Virus record (IMG/VR): IMGVR_UViG_3300032373_001143
Location: 1 to 35,928 of that record
Direction: 5' to 3' (one strand)
DNA: 35,928 nucleotides
From: a virus
Taxonomy: Duplodnaviria; Caudoviricetes
A program made the position numbers and the translations under genes. Each line of letters starts with the position of its first letter. The stretch's first letter is position 1. Below are positions 1 through 8,754 of the stretch, piece after piece. The notes below the pieces were generated by a model. It saw only the letters and a list, made by a program, of their open reading frames with translations. It was not told where the DNA came from and did not search any database.

Positions 1-600
1 TCACGTCGGCACGACCAGCCGCATCGCAGCGAAGGTGGGCGAGACCACCCCCGAGCCCACGTGCTCGACCTGGAGCTCCACGAGGCGCCGCACCTTCCGG
101 TGGGCTCCCGTGCTCATGGTGACCACGCACCCCTCGGTGTCGTCGAGGATGGGGCGGGCAGGCGTCCGCTCGTCGCGCCGATCGTGCCAGTGGGTGCCGC
201 GGAGGGCGGTGAAGCTGGAGGCCTGGCCCGCGACCTCGAGGTCCCTGGCGGACGGCACAGGGCCCGTGAGGCGGACGTACCGCATCGGTGCGACCTGGCG
301 GAGGGCCCACCTGCCGTGGTGCTCCCCCGGGGCCCATGCGCCCGGGTAGTGCCCATCGAGGATGGCGAGGCACCCGTCGGGGTGGGTCGGGGCGGGCCAC
401 TCGGCGGCCGATGCGTAGCTCGTGGCCGCGTAGCAGCTGACCTGCTCGACGCCGTCGAGGTCGAGGTAGGCCAGCGCGGCGAGGCAGCCCCAGGTCCCGG
501 GCTCTCCCCGGAGGATGATGCAGTTCAGGTCGTGCGGCCCCGTGAACCAGGGGGCGCCGATGCGCTCCCGGTAGGTCCGCAGCCGGTCGTAGAGCCTCAT
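1..600 (-). CDS. Putative endolysin, L,D-transpeptidase (YkuD)-like Cys/His peptidase
   Basis: LNCIILRG...YAATS...PDGCLAILDGHYPGAW..G.H.G..ALRQ..PMRYVR...GTHWH...TEGCVV matches the phage YkuD-like pattern with His and GC catalytic motif; last gene of late operon. Confidence 0.65.
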   Translation of the reverse strand: MRLYDRLRTYRERIGAPWFTGPHDLNCIILRGEPGTWGCLAALAYLDLDGVEQVSCYAATSYASAAEWPAPTHPDGCLAILDGHYPGAWAPGEHHGRWALRQVAPMRYVRLTGPVPSARDLEVAGQASSFTALRGTHWHDRRDERTPARPILDDTEGCVVTMSTGAHRKVRRLVELQVEHVGSGVVSPTFAAMRLVVPT

Positions 601-1175
601 GGCGTCGGCTCCGGAGCGGGAGCCGGATGGCCCGGGGCAGTGTCGATGAGCATCGCGGCGTCATCCGTCGTCGGCTCCGCGCGGCGGTCCTCGCGGGCGA
701 CTTCCACAACCTCCGCGGAAGTGCCCCACTCCACCATCGACTGCATCAGCTCCACACCACCTGGCCCCACCCAGGGCAGGGCCCAAGCGGACAGGGCGGC
801 CCCGATGATGCGGAGTCCGCCGGAGGTGCCCGCGATGTCGGTGGCCGTCCACATCCACCCCTCACGTGGGCGTGGCTCGGCGGACTGGGGCGCGGGCGGC
901 GGTGTGCTTGGCTGCGTCTGGGGGTCGCCGGCGGGCGGGACGACGAGCCCCATGCCGAGCAGGCGCTCTTCAACGGCGGCGTCGATCTCCGCTTGCCGCT
1001 GCTCCTCCGCGTGCTGGGCGATGAGCGGGCTCACCTGGCGGGCGAGCTCGCCCACCTGGCTGGCCAGCTCGCCCACCTGCTCGGCCAGGGCGAGGACGTC
1101 GTGGGGTGGATGTGTCCGATCGTCGGTGTGGTCTGCGTCCTGGGGGTCAGAGGCGCGGCGTGGGGTGCGGCTCAC
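597..1175 (-). CDS. Coiled-coil membrane protein, lysis-accessory candidate
   Basis: GTG start overlapping previous stop (GTGA); heptad stretch LAEQVGELASQVGELARQV and hydrophobic segment LRIIGAALSAWALPWVG; stop overlaps endolysin ATG. Confidence 0.55.
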   Translation of the reverse strand: MSRTPRRASDPQDADHTDDRTHPPHDVLALAEQVGELASQVGELARQVSPLIAQHAEEQRQAEIDAAVEERLLGMGLVVPPAGDPQTQPSTPPPAPQSAEPRPREGWMWTATDIAGTSGGLRIIGAALSAWALPWVGPGGVELMQSMVEWGTSAEVVEVAREDRRAEPTTDDAAMLIDTAPGHPAPAPEPTP

Positions 1176-1300
1176 GGGGACCTCCAGCGGTCGCAGAGCG
1201 AGGTGAGCTGGACCTGCGCCCACCACACCAGCAGCATGAGGACGGTCAGCGGGTAGAGGATGCAGTCGGGCGCGTCGTCCCAGGTGGGTCGGGTGCTCAT
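1172..1300 (-). CDS. Small single-TM protein (holin-like candidate), 42 aa
   Basis: ATGA/GTGA overlaps at both ends; ILYPLTVLMLLVWWAQV hydrophobic helix; lies in lysis region. Confidence 0.5.
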   Translation of the reverse strand: MSTRPTWDDAPDCILYPLTVLMLLVWWAQVQLTSLCDRWRSP

Positions 1301-2181
1301 GGGTCGGCCAGCGGGGGCGCCACGAGGACGTCCCATGGCTGCAGCCAGTGCATGCCGTTGCGTGCGCTGCCCTCCTTCCAGCACTGCGACAACAGGCCCT
1401 TTGAGGCCAGCGCATCTGCCACGACCTGGGCGGGTGTGATGACGACGCCGCCACTCGACAGGCACTGGGAGGCCGACAGCATCGCCGTCCAGTGATCCAG
1501 GACGACGGTGGTGGCGCCCACGTGGCGCACCTGGGAGAGCTGGAGGATGCCGTACTGGCCCACATGCAGGGAGCCGCCCTCGATGCGGCAGTTGGCTAGG
1601 GTCGCCCGGAAGCCGCTGATGTCCTCGCCGGCGATGTCCAGAGCCACCCAGCCGCCACCCTGGTCCAGCACGCAGCGGGACATGGTCAGCCCCGCGCCAC
1701 CGCCACCGAGGCGCCCGCGGCCCACGATGGTGCCAGACACCTTGGCGCTGGTAAGCCCCAAGAAGGCATCGTCCAGGTACAGCGCCACCCCGCCGGGGTT
1801 CTGGAGGCTGCCCCCGTCCATCGTGGAGAGGCTGTGCTCGGAGATCCGCGTCGGTCCACGGCAGGTGGTGTTCCGGAGGACGACGACCGTGCGGTGGGTG
1901 TCGATGCAGCGGACCGGCTCCCCGTCCTCCTGCAGCGCCCCCTCGGTGTCGATGACCAGGCCCTCCAGCAGCGTGCCTCGGATGGATGTGGCGGCGCCGA
2001 CGATGAGGGCCCGGCCGACGAAGTCCTCGCCGGGGAAGATGCGGACGCCGCCCTCTGGGCTGCGCACATGCACATTGTGCAGCCCCAAGGGGGCAGAGAT
2101 CGGGTAGTCGCCTGGGTCGAGGAAGACCGGGCGACCGGTCAGGCGGGCGTCAGCGACGCGCTCGTGGAGGGTGCCAATCAC
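1297..2181 (-). CDS. Right-handed beta-helix (pectate-lyase-like) tailspike / depolymerase
   Basis: GTG start; N-terminal VFLDPGDYPISAPL motif typical of pectate_lyase_3-like folds followed by repeated short beta rungs; position after tail tip genes. Confidence 0.65.
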   Translation of the reverse strand: MIGTLHERVADARLTGRPVFLDPGDYPISAPLGLHNVHVRSPEGGVRIFPGEDFVGRALIVGAATSIRGTLLEGLVIDTEGALQEDGEPVRCIDTHRTVVVLRNTTCRGPTRISEHSLSTMDGGSLQNPGGVALYLDDAFLGLTSAKVSGTIVGRGRLGGGGAGLTMSRCVLDQGGGWVALDIAGEDISGFRATLANCRIEGGSLHVGQYGILQLSQVRHVGATTVVLDHWTAMLSASQCLSSGGVVITPAQVVADALASKGLLSQCWKEGSARNGMHWLQPWDVLVAPPLADP

Positions 2182-3023
2182 AGCCCAACCCCCTGCACGT
2201 CGACCGTCCCGGTGCCGCGGGTGCCGTCGTTCCAGTCGCCGCCGTCCGTCCCGATGTCTTCGACGTCGGCGGGGAGAGTGATGTCGCCGGACACCGCAGG
2301 GAGTAGGCCGAAGTTGATGTTGGCCGTGCCGCGTAGGATGTCGAGGTTCCCCCCAGCGAGCTGGGCCCACTCCTCCGCGGTCGGCATGCGTCCGACCATG
2401 GCCGTCCATGCCCGCGTGTAGGCGGTGGAGCCGTCTCCTGCGATCGTGATGTTCCGAGCGCCGAAGGAAGGCTGATCGCCTAGGCCGGTCTTCAGGGCGT
2501 TCGTGTCATCCGTGGTCAAGTCCCCGTCGTGGTAGTCGCCGATGCCGCACTCGGAGAGATGGCCGTTCAGGCCCCATGTCGCGAAGTGCAGCCGGGGGCC
2601 GGTGCCCACAAGCGCGATGCCGGGAGTGTGAGCGAACGCGACGCCGCTTCCGTCCGATGCCGCGCGCCGGCCCATCGTGAGGATCAGGCCGGTCGTGTCG
2701 ATGGAGAGGTACAGCCCCGACTTCGACGCGGCCGACCCGATGTTGCCGACAAGGTAGCCGCTCGCGACGTTCGCTACGGTCGGGCTGACCGCCGTGACCT
2801 CGCCGTACCAGAGCAGGACTCCAGAGGCGGGGATGTTCCACCCGGTTGACCGCTGGAGGTGGCGGCCAGCAAGGTCGGAGACATCGGTCTGCGAGAACCC
2901 CGCGGACCTGGCGATGCCGGCACCCCCGCCGCCGCCGGTGAGGGCGGCGAGGACCGCAGGCCACCCCTCTCCTGGCCCGAGGCGCTCTAGCGCCCGCCAC
3001 AGCCGACTCCGGCGCCGCCTCAC
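2178..3023 (-). CDS. LamG/concanavalin-like jelly-roll virion protein (receptor-binding candidate)
   Basis: GTG at 3023 overlapping upstream TGA; Gly linker then beta-rich body ending AMVGRMPTAEEWAQLAGG resembling LamG C-terminal motif. Confidence 0.5.
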   Translation of the reverse strand: MRRRRSRLWRALERLGPGEGWPAVLAALTGGGGGAGIARSAGFSQTDVSDLAGRHLQRSTGWNIPASGVLLWYGEVTAVSPTVANVASGYLVGNIGSAASKSGLYLSIDTTGLILTMGRRAASDGSGVAFAHTPGIALVGTGPRLHFATWGLNGHLSECGIGDYHDGDLTTDDTNALKTGLGDQPSFGARNITIAGDGSTAYTRAWTAMVGRMPTAEEWAQLAGGNLDILRGTANINFGLLPAVSGDITLPADVEDIGTDGGDWNDGTRGTGTVDVQGVGL

Positions 3024-3328
3024 AGGTCGATGCGCTCGAGCGTGACCAGGCCGACATCGGCCACGTTGCCCGACACCCGCACCGGGCAGCCGTCCGCGAT
3101 GATGAGATGGTCCTTCTCGTCGACCGTCACCTCGTACGCATCGGCCCGGGCGGTGTTGTCGATGTCGGTGTGCTTCTCGACGTAGAGGGGGCCGACCGCG
3201 CCGGTGCCCCATCGGACGCGGAAGATGCCCTGGGTGATGACGGACCCTGCCCCGTTGGCGACCACGACCTGTCCGTTGGTGGCGTTCGGGGTGAAGGTGA
3301 CGAGGCGCGCGTCTGCGAAGTCGACCAT
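3020..3328 (-). CDS. Small beta-rich virion protein, 102 aa
   Basis: ATG with AGGAGG SD; alternating beta pattern; first gene after second late-promoter element. Confidence 0.65.
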   Translation of the reverse strand: MVDFADARLVTFTPNATNGQVVVANGAGSVITQGIFRVRWGTGAVGPLYVEKHTDIDNTARADAYEVTVDEKDHLIIADGCPVRVSGNVADVGLVTLERIDL

Positions 3329-3349
3329 GGGAGACCTCCTCTCCCATGG
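3325..3349 (-). promoter_or_regulatory. Perfect 10-bp hairpin with SD in loop and start codon in stem
   Basis: CCATGGGAGA-GGAGG-TCTCCCATGG on minus strand; ATG of 3020-3328 lies in the 3' arm. Confidence 0.7.
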
Positions 3350-3382
3350 CTACCAGCGACCTCCGGTCATTCCTGACCGGTC
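3346..3382 (-). promoter_or_regulatory. Putative late promoter element, copy 2
   Basis: 34/37 identical to 16592-16628; contains palindrome CCGGTCA-N4-TGACCGG and TGG-TAGCCA. Confidence 0.75.
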
Positions 3383-5034
3383 TACGACTCGTCGTCTGGG
3401 CTCACAGCTACGAGCTGGAAGGTCGTGGTGCCGTTGAAGGGGTTCATCCCCCCGCCCACGACGGTGTGCCATCCGCCCTTGGTCACCAGGTCGTTGGGGC
3501 CTCGACGGCTGTCCACCGTGCCCGTGATGAGCCCCAGGGCATCGCCGATGCCGAGCTGGCTCCAGTGCAGCCCCGCCAGGGTGACGGTGATGGGCTCGGT
3601 GCGGCGGGTCATGTAGGGGAGGACGCGCAGCAGGACGCCGAGGCGCCACGCAGAGCGGTCGGGGGTGGAACCGAACACTGGCAGCACGTGTTGCCGCTCC
3701 AGCTGCGACGGGCGCCCCCATGGCGTGCGCGCCCCCAAACTCCTCGACGATGTCGTTCTGTGGTCGGGGCCAGTCACTGGCGGGAGGGTCGGGGCCATGG
3801 TCCCGAGAAGCCTCGCCACTTGGTCTACCAGCTGCGCGTCAGGGTCGTAGGGGTGTGGGAGCGCGGCCGTACGGCCGCCGTGGTCGTGCACGTCGACGTA
3901 GCGGTACTCGAGCTGCCCGCCGAAGCTGGTGTATTGGACGTCGAGGAGGTGCCGATCGGTCGGATACAGACTGATGGACTGGGACTCCAACGCCTGCAGG
4001 CCGCGCCCCGTGAGGAGGCCCTGCCTTTGGCACAGCCAGAAGGCGCCGTCTGCGAGGTAGCTGGTCAGCCACTGACCGAAGGTGGTGGCGGGTGCGTCCT
4101 GCAGGAGGTGCCAGCCCGGCGAGGTCATGCCGTCCGGCCCGGACAGGACCCTTTGCGCGGCCCAGTCGTCGGGGTCGGTGACGCTCTCGGGCACGCCGAG
4201 GCCCCACTCCCTCGGGTACACGTCCTCGGCACCGTTGCCAGAGTCCGAGGACGTGACGAGGCGCTGTGCGATGCGCAAAGGGTGCTGCTCGTCCCACACC
4301 AGGTAGACAACGTCGTTGCCCGCATTGGCCGTGTCGGTGTGTCCTGGGCTGTCCATCTCCCCGAACGTGCAGCCAGTCAGGCGCGTGACGCCAGCGGATG
4401 GGCTCGACAGCCCCGAGGCCTTCACGAGGATGGTTTCCCCATTGTTCTGCATGACGCGCACCAGGTAGTCGCCGTCGGAGGCTTTCCGCGGCTCCGTGCT
4501 GCTGGCGATGTCGAGCGTGGTGGCGCCGGGCACGAAGTCAATGTCGAGGGTCTTCGTGGTGCCTGCGTCGAGGAAGACTTCCGGATCAGATGGGTACGGC
4601 GCCCCGATGCCCCACCGCACATTCAGCTGCCCCTCGAGGCCGCCGAACGAGGCCATCCATCGACGCCCCTGGCGTCCGAGCTGCGTCAGCACGCCGACGA
4701 AGATGGGCTCGAAGTCCTCGACCGCCCACCCGTCGAAGCCCATCCGGAGGTGGACGACAAGGCCAGGGAGGAGGCGCGACCGGTCCACCTGACGGGTGAG
4801 GCCGACCGACAAGCCGCCCGGGCTCACTGTCCACTGTCCGACCGACAGGGACCCATGCGTCAGGCTGGTGCCCTCGCGCGTGATGACCTGGTCGTACCCC
4901 GCCTCAGCGTGCGAGCTCCACCGGATGGCTGTCGCCTCGAACGGCAAGCCGAACCCCCGGAGCGACTCGACCACGAAGCGGGGTCGTCGGTGGGGACGGG
5001 CGAGCTCGTCGATGAACCGTTGGGTCCACGCCAT
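3382..5034 (-). CDS. Tail tip / baseplate hub protein, 550 aa
   Basis: ATG at 5034 (TGATG overlap); MAWTQRFIDEL N-terminus; second gene after tape measure. Confidence 0.6.
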   Translation of the reverse strand: MAWTQRFIDELARPHRRPRFVVESLRGFGLPFEATAIRWSSHAEAGYDQVITREGTSLTHGSLSVGQWTVSPGGLSVGLTRQVDRSRLLPGLVVHLRMGFDGWAVEDFEPIFVGVLTQLGRQGRRWMASFGGLEGQLNVRWGIGAPYPSDPEVFLDAGTTKTLDIDFVPGATTLDIASSTEPRKASDGDYLVRVMQNNGETILVKASGLSSPSAGVTRLTGCTFGEMDSPGHTDTANAGNDVVYLVWDEQHPLRIAQRLVTSSDSGNGAEDVYPREWGLGVPESVTDPDDWAAQRVLSGPDGMTSPGWHLLQDAPATTFGQWLTSYLADGAFWLCQRQGLLTGRGLQALESQSISLYPTDRHLLDVQYTSFGGQLEYRYVDVHDHGGRTAALPHPYDPDAQLVDQVARLLGTMAPTLPPVTGPDHRTTSSRSLGARTPWGRPSQLERQHVLPVFGSTPDRSAWRLGVLLRVLPYMTRRTEPITVTLAGLHWSQLGIGDALGLITGTVDSRRGPNDLVTKGGWHTVVGGGMNPFNGTTTFQLVAVSPDDES

Positions 5035-5819
5035 CAGAGCAGCCAGTCGGGGTTGGTGGGCAGGAAGGGCGAGTCCTGCTGGCCGAACGAGCCGTTCACG
5101 CCCGTGTGCTTTCCTCCCCCGGTGTCGGTGGTGCCCTGTAGGACGAGGCCTTCGATGCCCGACAGGTCGTCCAGCGCGACGACGTCCATGTCGAGGAAGA
5201 GACGGAAGGTGAACCCCTGGCGCCCGTCGTGCTCGATGCACGACCGGTTGTAGTCCTCCTTCGCTCGCCGCATGAGGGGCAGGAAGCCTTCGCAGCGCAG
5301 CAGCCCCCACCGCCGGTCTCGCCAGTCGTGGCGGGTCGCTGGGGAGACGATGGCGGTGTTCGACAGGGGCGAGTACGACGTGAGGGCGAAGCGCTCCTCA
5401 AGGTGCTCCGGGCTCGGTCCATGCATCACCATCTGGCCCGTGGGTGCGCCGTTGTGGATGGCGCTCCACGGCTTGGTTGTGGTGATGATCTGCGCCTGGC
5501 TGTCGGCGGGCAGCTCCACAAAGGCGGCCCAGGCCCGCTCGTCGTCCTCCGTGACGATGCAGGTGCCGCCACGGTCGAGGTGGTTCTCCAGCGCCAGCAG
5601 GTCGTTTCGAAGGGGGTAGTCCCTGAACGGGCCGTACTCCACCTCGACCCGGGGGCGGGTGCGGTACGTCTGCTCGTCGCGGGTGCCGGCGTAGGTCTCG
5701 GCGATGTCGATGTCGCGCACGGCGTGGTACTGCAGATCGGTGAGCCGGCCTGGGAAGCTGACCTTGCGCAGCACTCCGGAGTCGGTCTCGGGTGTGTACC
5801 AGATGGCGGCGTTGCCCAT
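5034..5819 (-). CDS. Distal tail (Dit-like) protein, 261 aa
   Basis: ATG at 5819 immediately after tape measure; size and position. Confidence 0.55.
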   Translation of the reverse strand: MGNAAIWYTPETDSGVLRKVSFPGRLTDLQYHAVRDIDIAETYAGTRDEQTYRTRPRVEVEYGPFRDYPLRNDLLALENHLDRGGTCIVTEDDERAWAAFVELPADSQAQIITTTKPWSAIHNGAPTGQMVMHGPSPEHLEERFALTSYSPLSNTAIVSPATRHDWRDRRWGLLRCEGFLPLMRRAKEDYNRSCIEHDGRQGFTFRLFLDMDVVALDDLSGIEGLVLQGTTDTGGGKHTGVNGSFGQQDSPFLPTNPDWLL

Positions 5820-5820
5820 G

Positions 5821-7824
5821 TCAGCCCCCCAGGCCGCCAGCGGCGCCAACGAGACCCATGCCGCCGCCGTAGGGGCCGAGCATGTGTTGGAGCTGCTGGA
5901 GGAAGGCCCTTGGGTCGTTGGTGCCCACCGAGCCGATGTTGAAGACGGGGCCGCCGCGGGCGCCGCCGTTGCGGACTTCCTTGGAGGTCTGCACCCGCTC
6001 GCCCGTGTGGACCATGGCAAGGCCGGTCTCTTGGATGCCGCCACCCTTGTCAAGGAACGGGATGTCCATGCCGAGGAAGTCGGACTCCCCCACCTTGGCG
6101 CCGAGGCCCCCGAGGAAGCGGCCATCGCCGTCGAACGGGTTGAGCTCGCCGCCAAGGCTCTTCAAGACCTCGGCGATGGCTTGGGCGATGTCGCCGGGGA
6201 GCTGCTCGAAGACGAGGGACAGCGTCGTCGCGACGATCTCTCCGCCGACGATGAAGGACGAGAACACGGCGTCGGCGAGGGCAAGCGCGATCTCTGGGGC
6301 GGCCTGGGCCAGGGCCGTCGGCAAGTCCGTGAGCGATGTGAGCGTCGAGACGAGCAGGTTGGGGACGTCGACCAGCAGCTCCGGCAGGGTCTCGATGGTT
6401 TGCTGCAGGCTGGACAGGGTGCTCGGGAGGGCCGACAACGCCGTGACCGCCATTCCAATCGGGCTCCCGTTGATGGCCTCCTTGAATTCTCCGACAGCCG
6501 TGCCAAGCGGATCCCGCTTCCTTTGCTCCTGGCTTGACGCGTGCGACATCCGCTGCGCCTTCTCCGCATCCGACTCGGCCTTCTTCTTCTTGTCGGCCTC
6601 ATCCAGCGCGCCGACGATGCCCTCCATGACCTCGGCGAGCTCCGCCACCGCCTGCGACAACGACGTGTCGAGGTCGCTGAATAGCTTCTCCTTGTGGACC
6701 TTCTTCCCGCCGACGTCGTAGGTGTCCAGCCCCAGGCGAAGCCCGCGGGCCTCGGCCTCTTCGGCCGCCTTCCTGGCGGCCGCGCCTGCCTTGGCTGCTG
6801 CTTTGGCGCGCTCTTCGGCTTCCTTCTTCGCCTTCGCCAGAGCCTCCTTTGCGGCCTTCGCGTTGCTTGCGGCCAACCCCTGCATGACGTCGGGGGGCGT
6901 GAAGTTCTTGGCGTGGGCGGCAGCCTTCTCGGCCTCCTCGCTCGTGCGCGCGAGCTCGTCGTTCATCCCCTTCAGGTCCTTCGCAAACTCCATCACCTCG
7001 TCGCGGGCCGCACCGAAGGCGCTGGGCCAATTGTGGAAGAGGAGCCCCCCCTCGGTGACGAAGGCCTTAGCCCCGATGGCCATCGCCGCGAAGCCCCGCA
7101 CGGTGTCGGCCATGAGGTCCACGATGGGCAGCATGTCGGACTTGAGCTTCTGCAGCGCCATCGACATCAGGGTCGTCGACTGCTGCCACTCGGCCGTGAT
7201 GCGCCGGGCCTCAGGGCCGACGTCGGTGCCGTACTTGCCCGCCATGGCCACGAACGCGTCCAGGTCTCCAGAGTCACCGAAGGCCGAGATGAGCTGCGCG
7301 CCGTTCTCCCCGAGCGCCTGGATTGCCAGCGCCGAACGCTTCGTCGGGTCTTCGATGGCCATGATGCGGTCGATGGCCCCGCGCATGACGCCGTCGGACG
7401 TCTTGAAGGCTGGGCTCAGTTTGCCGTCGAGGGTCATGCCCAGGGCTTCGAACCCCTTGAGCGCCTCCCCTGTCCCCAGCTGCGCTTCCCGGACCCGCTT
7501 GGCGAGGTCGTTGGGCACCAGGTCCTTCAGCTCCTTCCCACTGGCCTTGGCGGCGAGCTCGATGCCGGCAACGGTCTCAAGGGCGAGCCCGGTGCTGGAC
7601 GCCAGCGTGGTCAGCTGGTCGATGGCGTTGGTGATGTCGTTGGCGTAGGCCACGGCGGCGGCGCCGGCTGCAGCAAACCCAGCTGTGACGACGCCGACGC
7701 CCTTGGCGGCCGCCTTCGCTTCCGTCCTCAGGCCCTTCAGCGCCTTCTTGTTCTTGTTGATCTCGCGGTGCGCCTTGCCCCTGACCTCGAGGTAGTACGC
7801 GACGCCTTTGCGGACGATGCCCAT
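5821..7824 (-). CDS. Tail tape measure protein, 667 aa
   Basis: Ala/Gly-rich helical protein after chaperones; C-terminal LDKGG.IQETGLAMVHTGERV motif typical of tape measures. Confidence 0.9.
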   Translation of the reverse strand: MGIVRKGVAYYLEVRGKAHREINKNKKALKGLRTEAKAAAKGVGVVTAGFAAAGAAAVAYANDITNAIDQLTTLASSTGLALETVAGIELAAKASGKELKDLVPNDLAKRVREAQLGTGEALKGFEALGMTLDGKLSPAFKTSDGVMRGAIDRIMAIEDPTKRSALAIQALGENGAQLISAFGDSGDLDAFVAMAGKYGTDVGPEARRITAEWQQSTTLMSMALQKLKSDMLPIVDLMADTVRGFAAMAIGAKAFVTEGGLLFHNWPSAFGAARDEVMEFAKDLKGMNDELARTSEEAEKAAAHAKNFTPPDVMQGLAASNAKAAKEALAKAKKEAEERAKAAAKAGAAARKAAEEAEARGLRLGLDTYDVGGKKVHKEKLFSDLDTSLSQAVAELAEVMEGIVGALDEADKKKKAESDAEKAQRMSHASSQEQRKRDPLGTAVGEFKEAINGSPIGMAVTALSALPSTLSSLQQTIETLPELLVDVPNLLVSTLTSLTDLPTALAQAAPEIALALADAVFSSFIVGGEIVATTLSLVFEQLPGDIAQAIAEVLKSLGGELNPFDGDGRFLGGLGAKVGESDFLGMDIPFLDKGGGIQETGLAMVHTGERVQTSKEVRNGGARGGPVFNIGSVGTNDPRAFLQQLQHMLGPYGGGMGLVGAAGGLGG

Positions 7825-8015
7825 CAGAGCACGCCCGTCACAACGACGCCCATAGACCCCTTCTGGGCCTTCTTCGCCGCTTGCTGTCCCGCCTGGTAGG
7901 CCATGAAGTTCACCGAGAAGTCATCCGCCGACAGGTGGATCAGGTCGCTTGCCTTGCACCCGAACGCCCTGGCCATCCGGTAGAGAGTGAGCAACAGGTC
8001 GTGCTGCCCAGCGAA
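7824..8015 (-). CDS. Tail assembly chaperone gpT portion (frameshift extension)
   Basis: LYRMARAFGCKASDLIHLS resembles gpT C-termini; no good independent start; stop overlaps tape measure ATG (TGATG); frame is +1 relative to gpG. Confidence 0.7.
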   Translation of the reverse strand, partial: FAGQHDLLLTLYRMARAFGCKASDLIHLSADDFSVNFMAYQAGQQAAKKAQKGSMGVVVTGVL

Positions 8016-8754
8016 AGCCGTCGGCACGCCGTGCCCGTCCACCCGCGATGCCGCGGATGCACTGGAAGAGAACGGAGACTTCGGTGGCGTCCATGATGCC
8101 GACCCACAGCTCCCCGCGGTCAGCGAGTCGAATGGCGGCATCTGTGACGGTCTCGTCCGGACCAGGCACAGGCTCGGAGGCCAGCACGGTGGTCACGATC
8201 GGGGGCCCCTCGAGGAAGGGGGTCGGGTCCCACCCGTCGGGCATGAGCTCGCGGTGGTCCTTCCCGAGCCACCAGGCGGTGGGCGCGACCGGCTTCGCCT
8301 TGCGCTTCTTCGCCTTCTTCTTCCCACGCTTTTTCGCCTTGGCAGGCGTCGCCGGGTCGAGGACGGGAAGATCGGCGCGCAGAACCCCGAAGCGCTGGAC
8401 GCCGGCGGCGACGTACGCGTGCATCATGGCGCCAAACGCGACCTGCTTCTTCGGGTCGGTCTTCAGCTCTTCGATGCGCTTCAGCTGCTTCTTCAGCTGC
8501 TTCGCCAGCGCGTCTTTCTTGCGCTTCTCGGTGTCGACGGCCCCACCGTTGTCGAAGGCGTCGTAGAGCGCCTGGTGCTCCAGGTCGGCCTCGTCCATCG
8601 CCTTCCTGGCCTCCCCCAGGCCTGGGATGGCGGTGAAGCCGTTGGCCACCAGGCCAGCGGTTGTTGGCTCGCGGATCTCCCACACGATGCGTCCTACGAC
8701 CACGTGTCGTGGGCGGATGCGGGCAGCCATGCGTGCTGCGGGGTGCGTAGGCAT
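7921..8754 (-). CDS. Tail assembly chaperone gpG, 277 aa
   Basis: Between tail tube and tape measure; ATG at 8754 (TGATG overlap); overlaps gpT-like ORF. Confidence 0.7.
   Translation of the reverse strand: MPTHPAARMAARIRPRHVVVGRIVWEIREPTTAGLVANGFTAIPGLGEARKAMDEADLEHQALYDAFDNGGAVDTEKRKKDALAKQLKKQLKRIEELKTDPKKQVAFGAMMHAYVAAGVQRFGVLRADLPVLDPATPAKAKKRGKKKAKKRKAKPVAPTAWWLGKDHRELMPDGWDPTPFLEGPPIVTTVLASEPVPGPDETVTDAAIRLADRGELWVGIMDATEVSVLFQCIRGIAGGRARRADGFRWAARPVAHSLPDGQGVRVQGKRPDPPVGG

Noticed and set aside
2133-2143. GACCGGTCAGG partial match to the late element
   Set aside because: Opposite orientation, inside a CDS, lacks second half-site and the TAGCCA block
2178-3347. 389-aa ORF starting at the hairpin ATG (3347), in frame with the LamG-like gene
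   Set aside because: First 108 codons are Arg/His-rich off-frame reading of gene 3020-3328; the coupled GTG at 3023 is the better start
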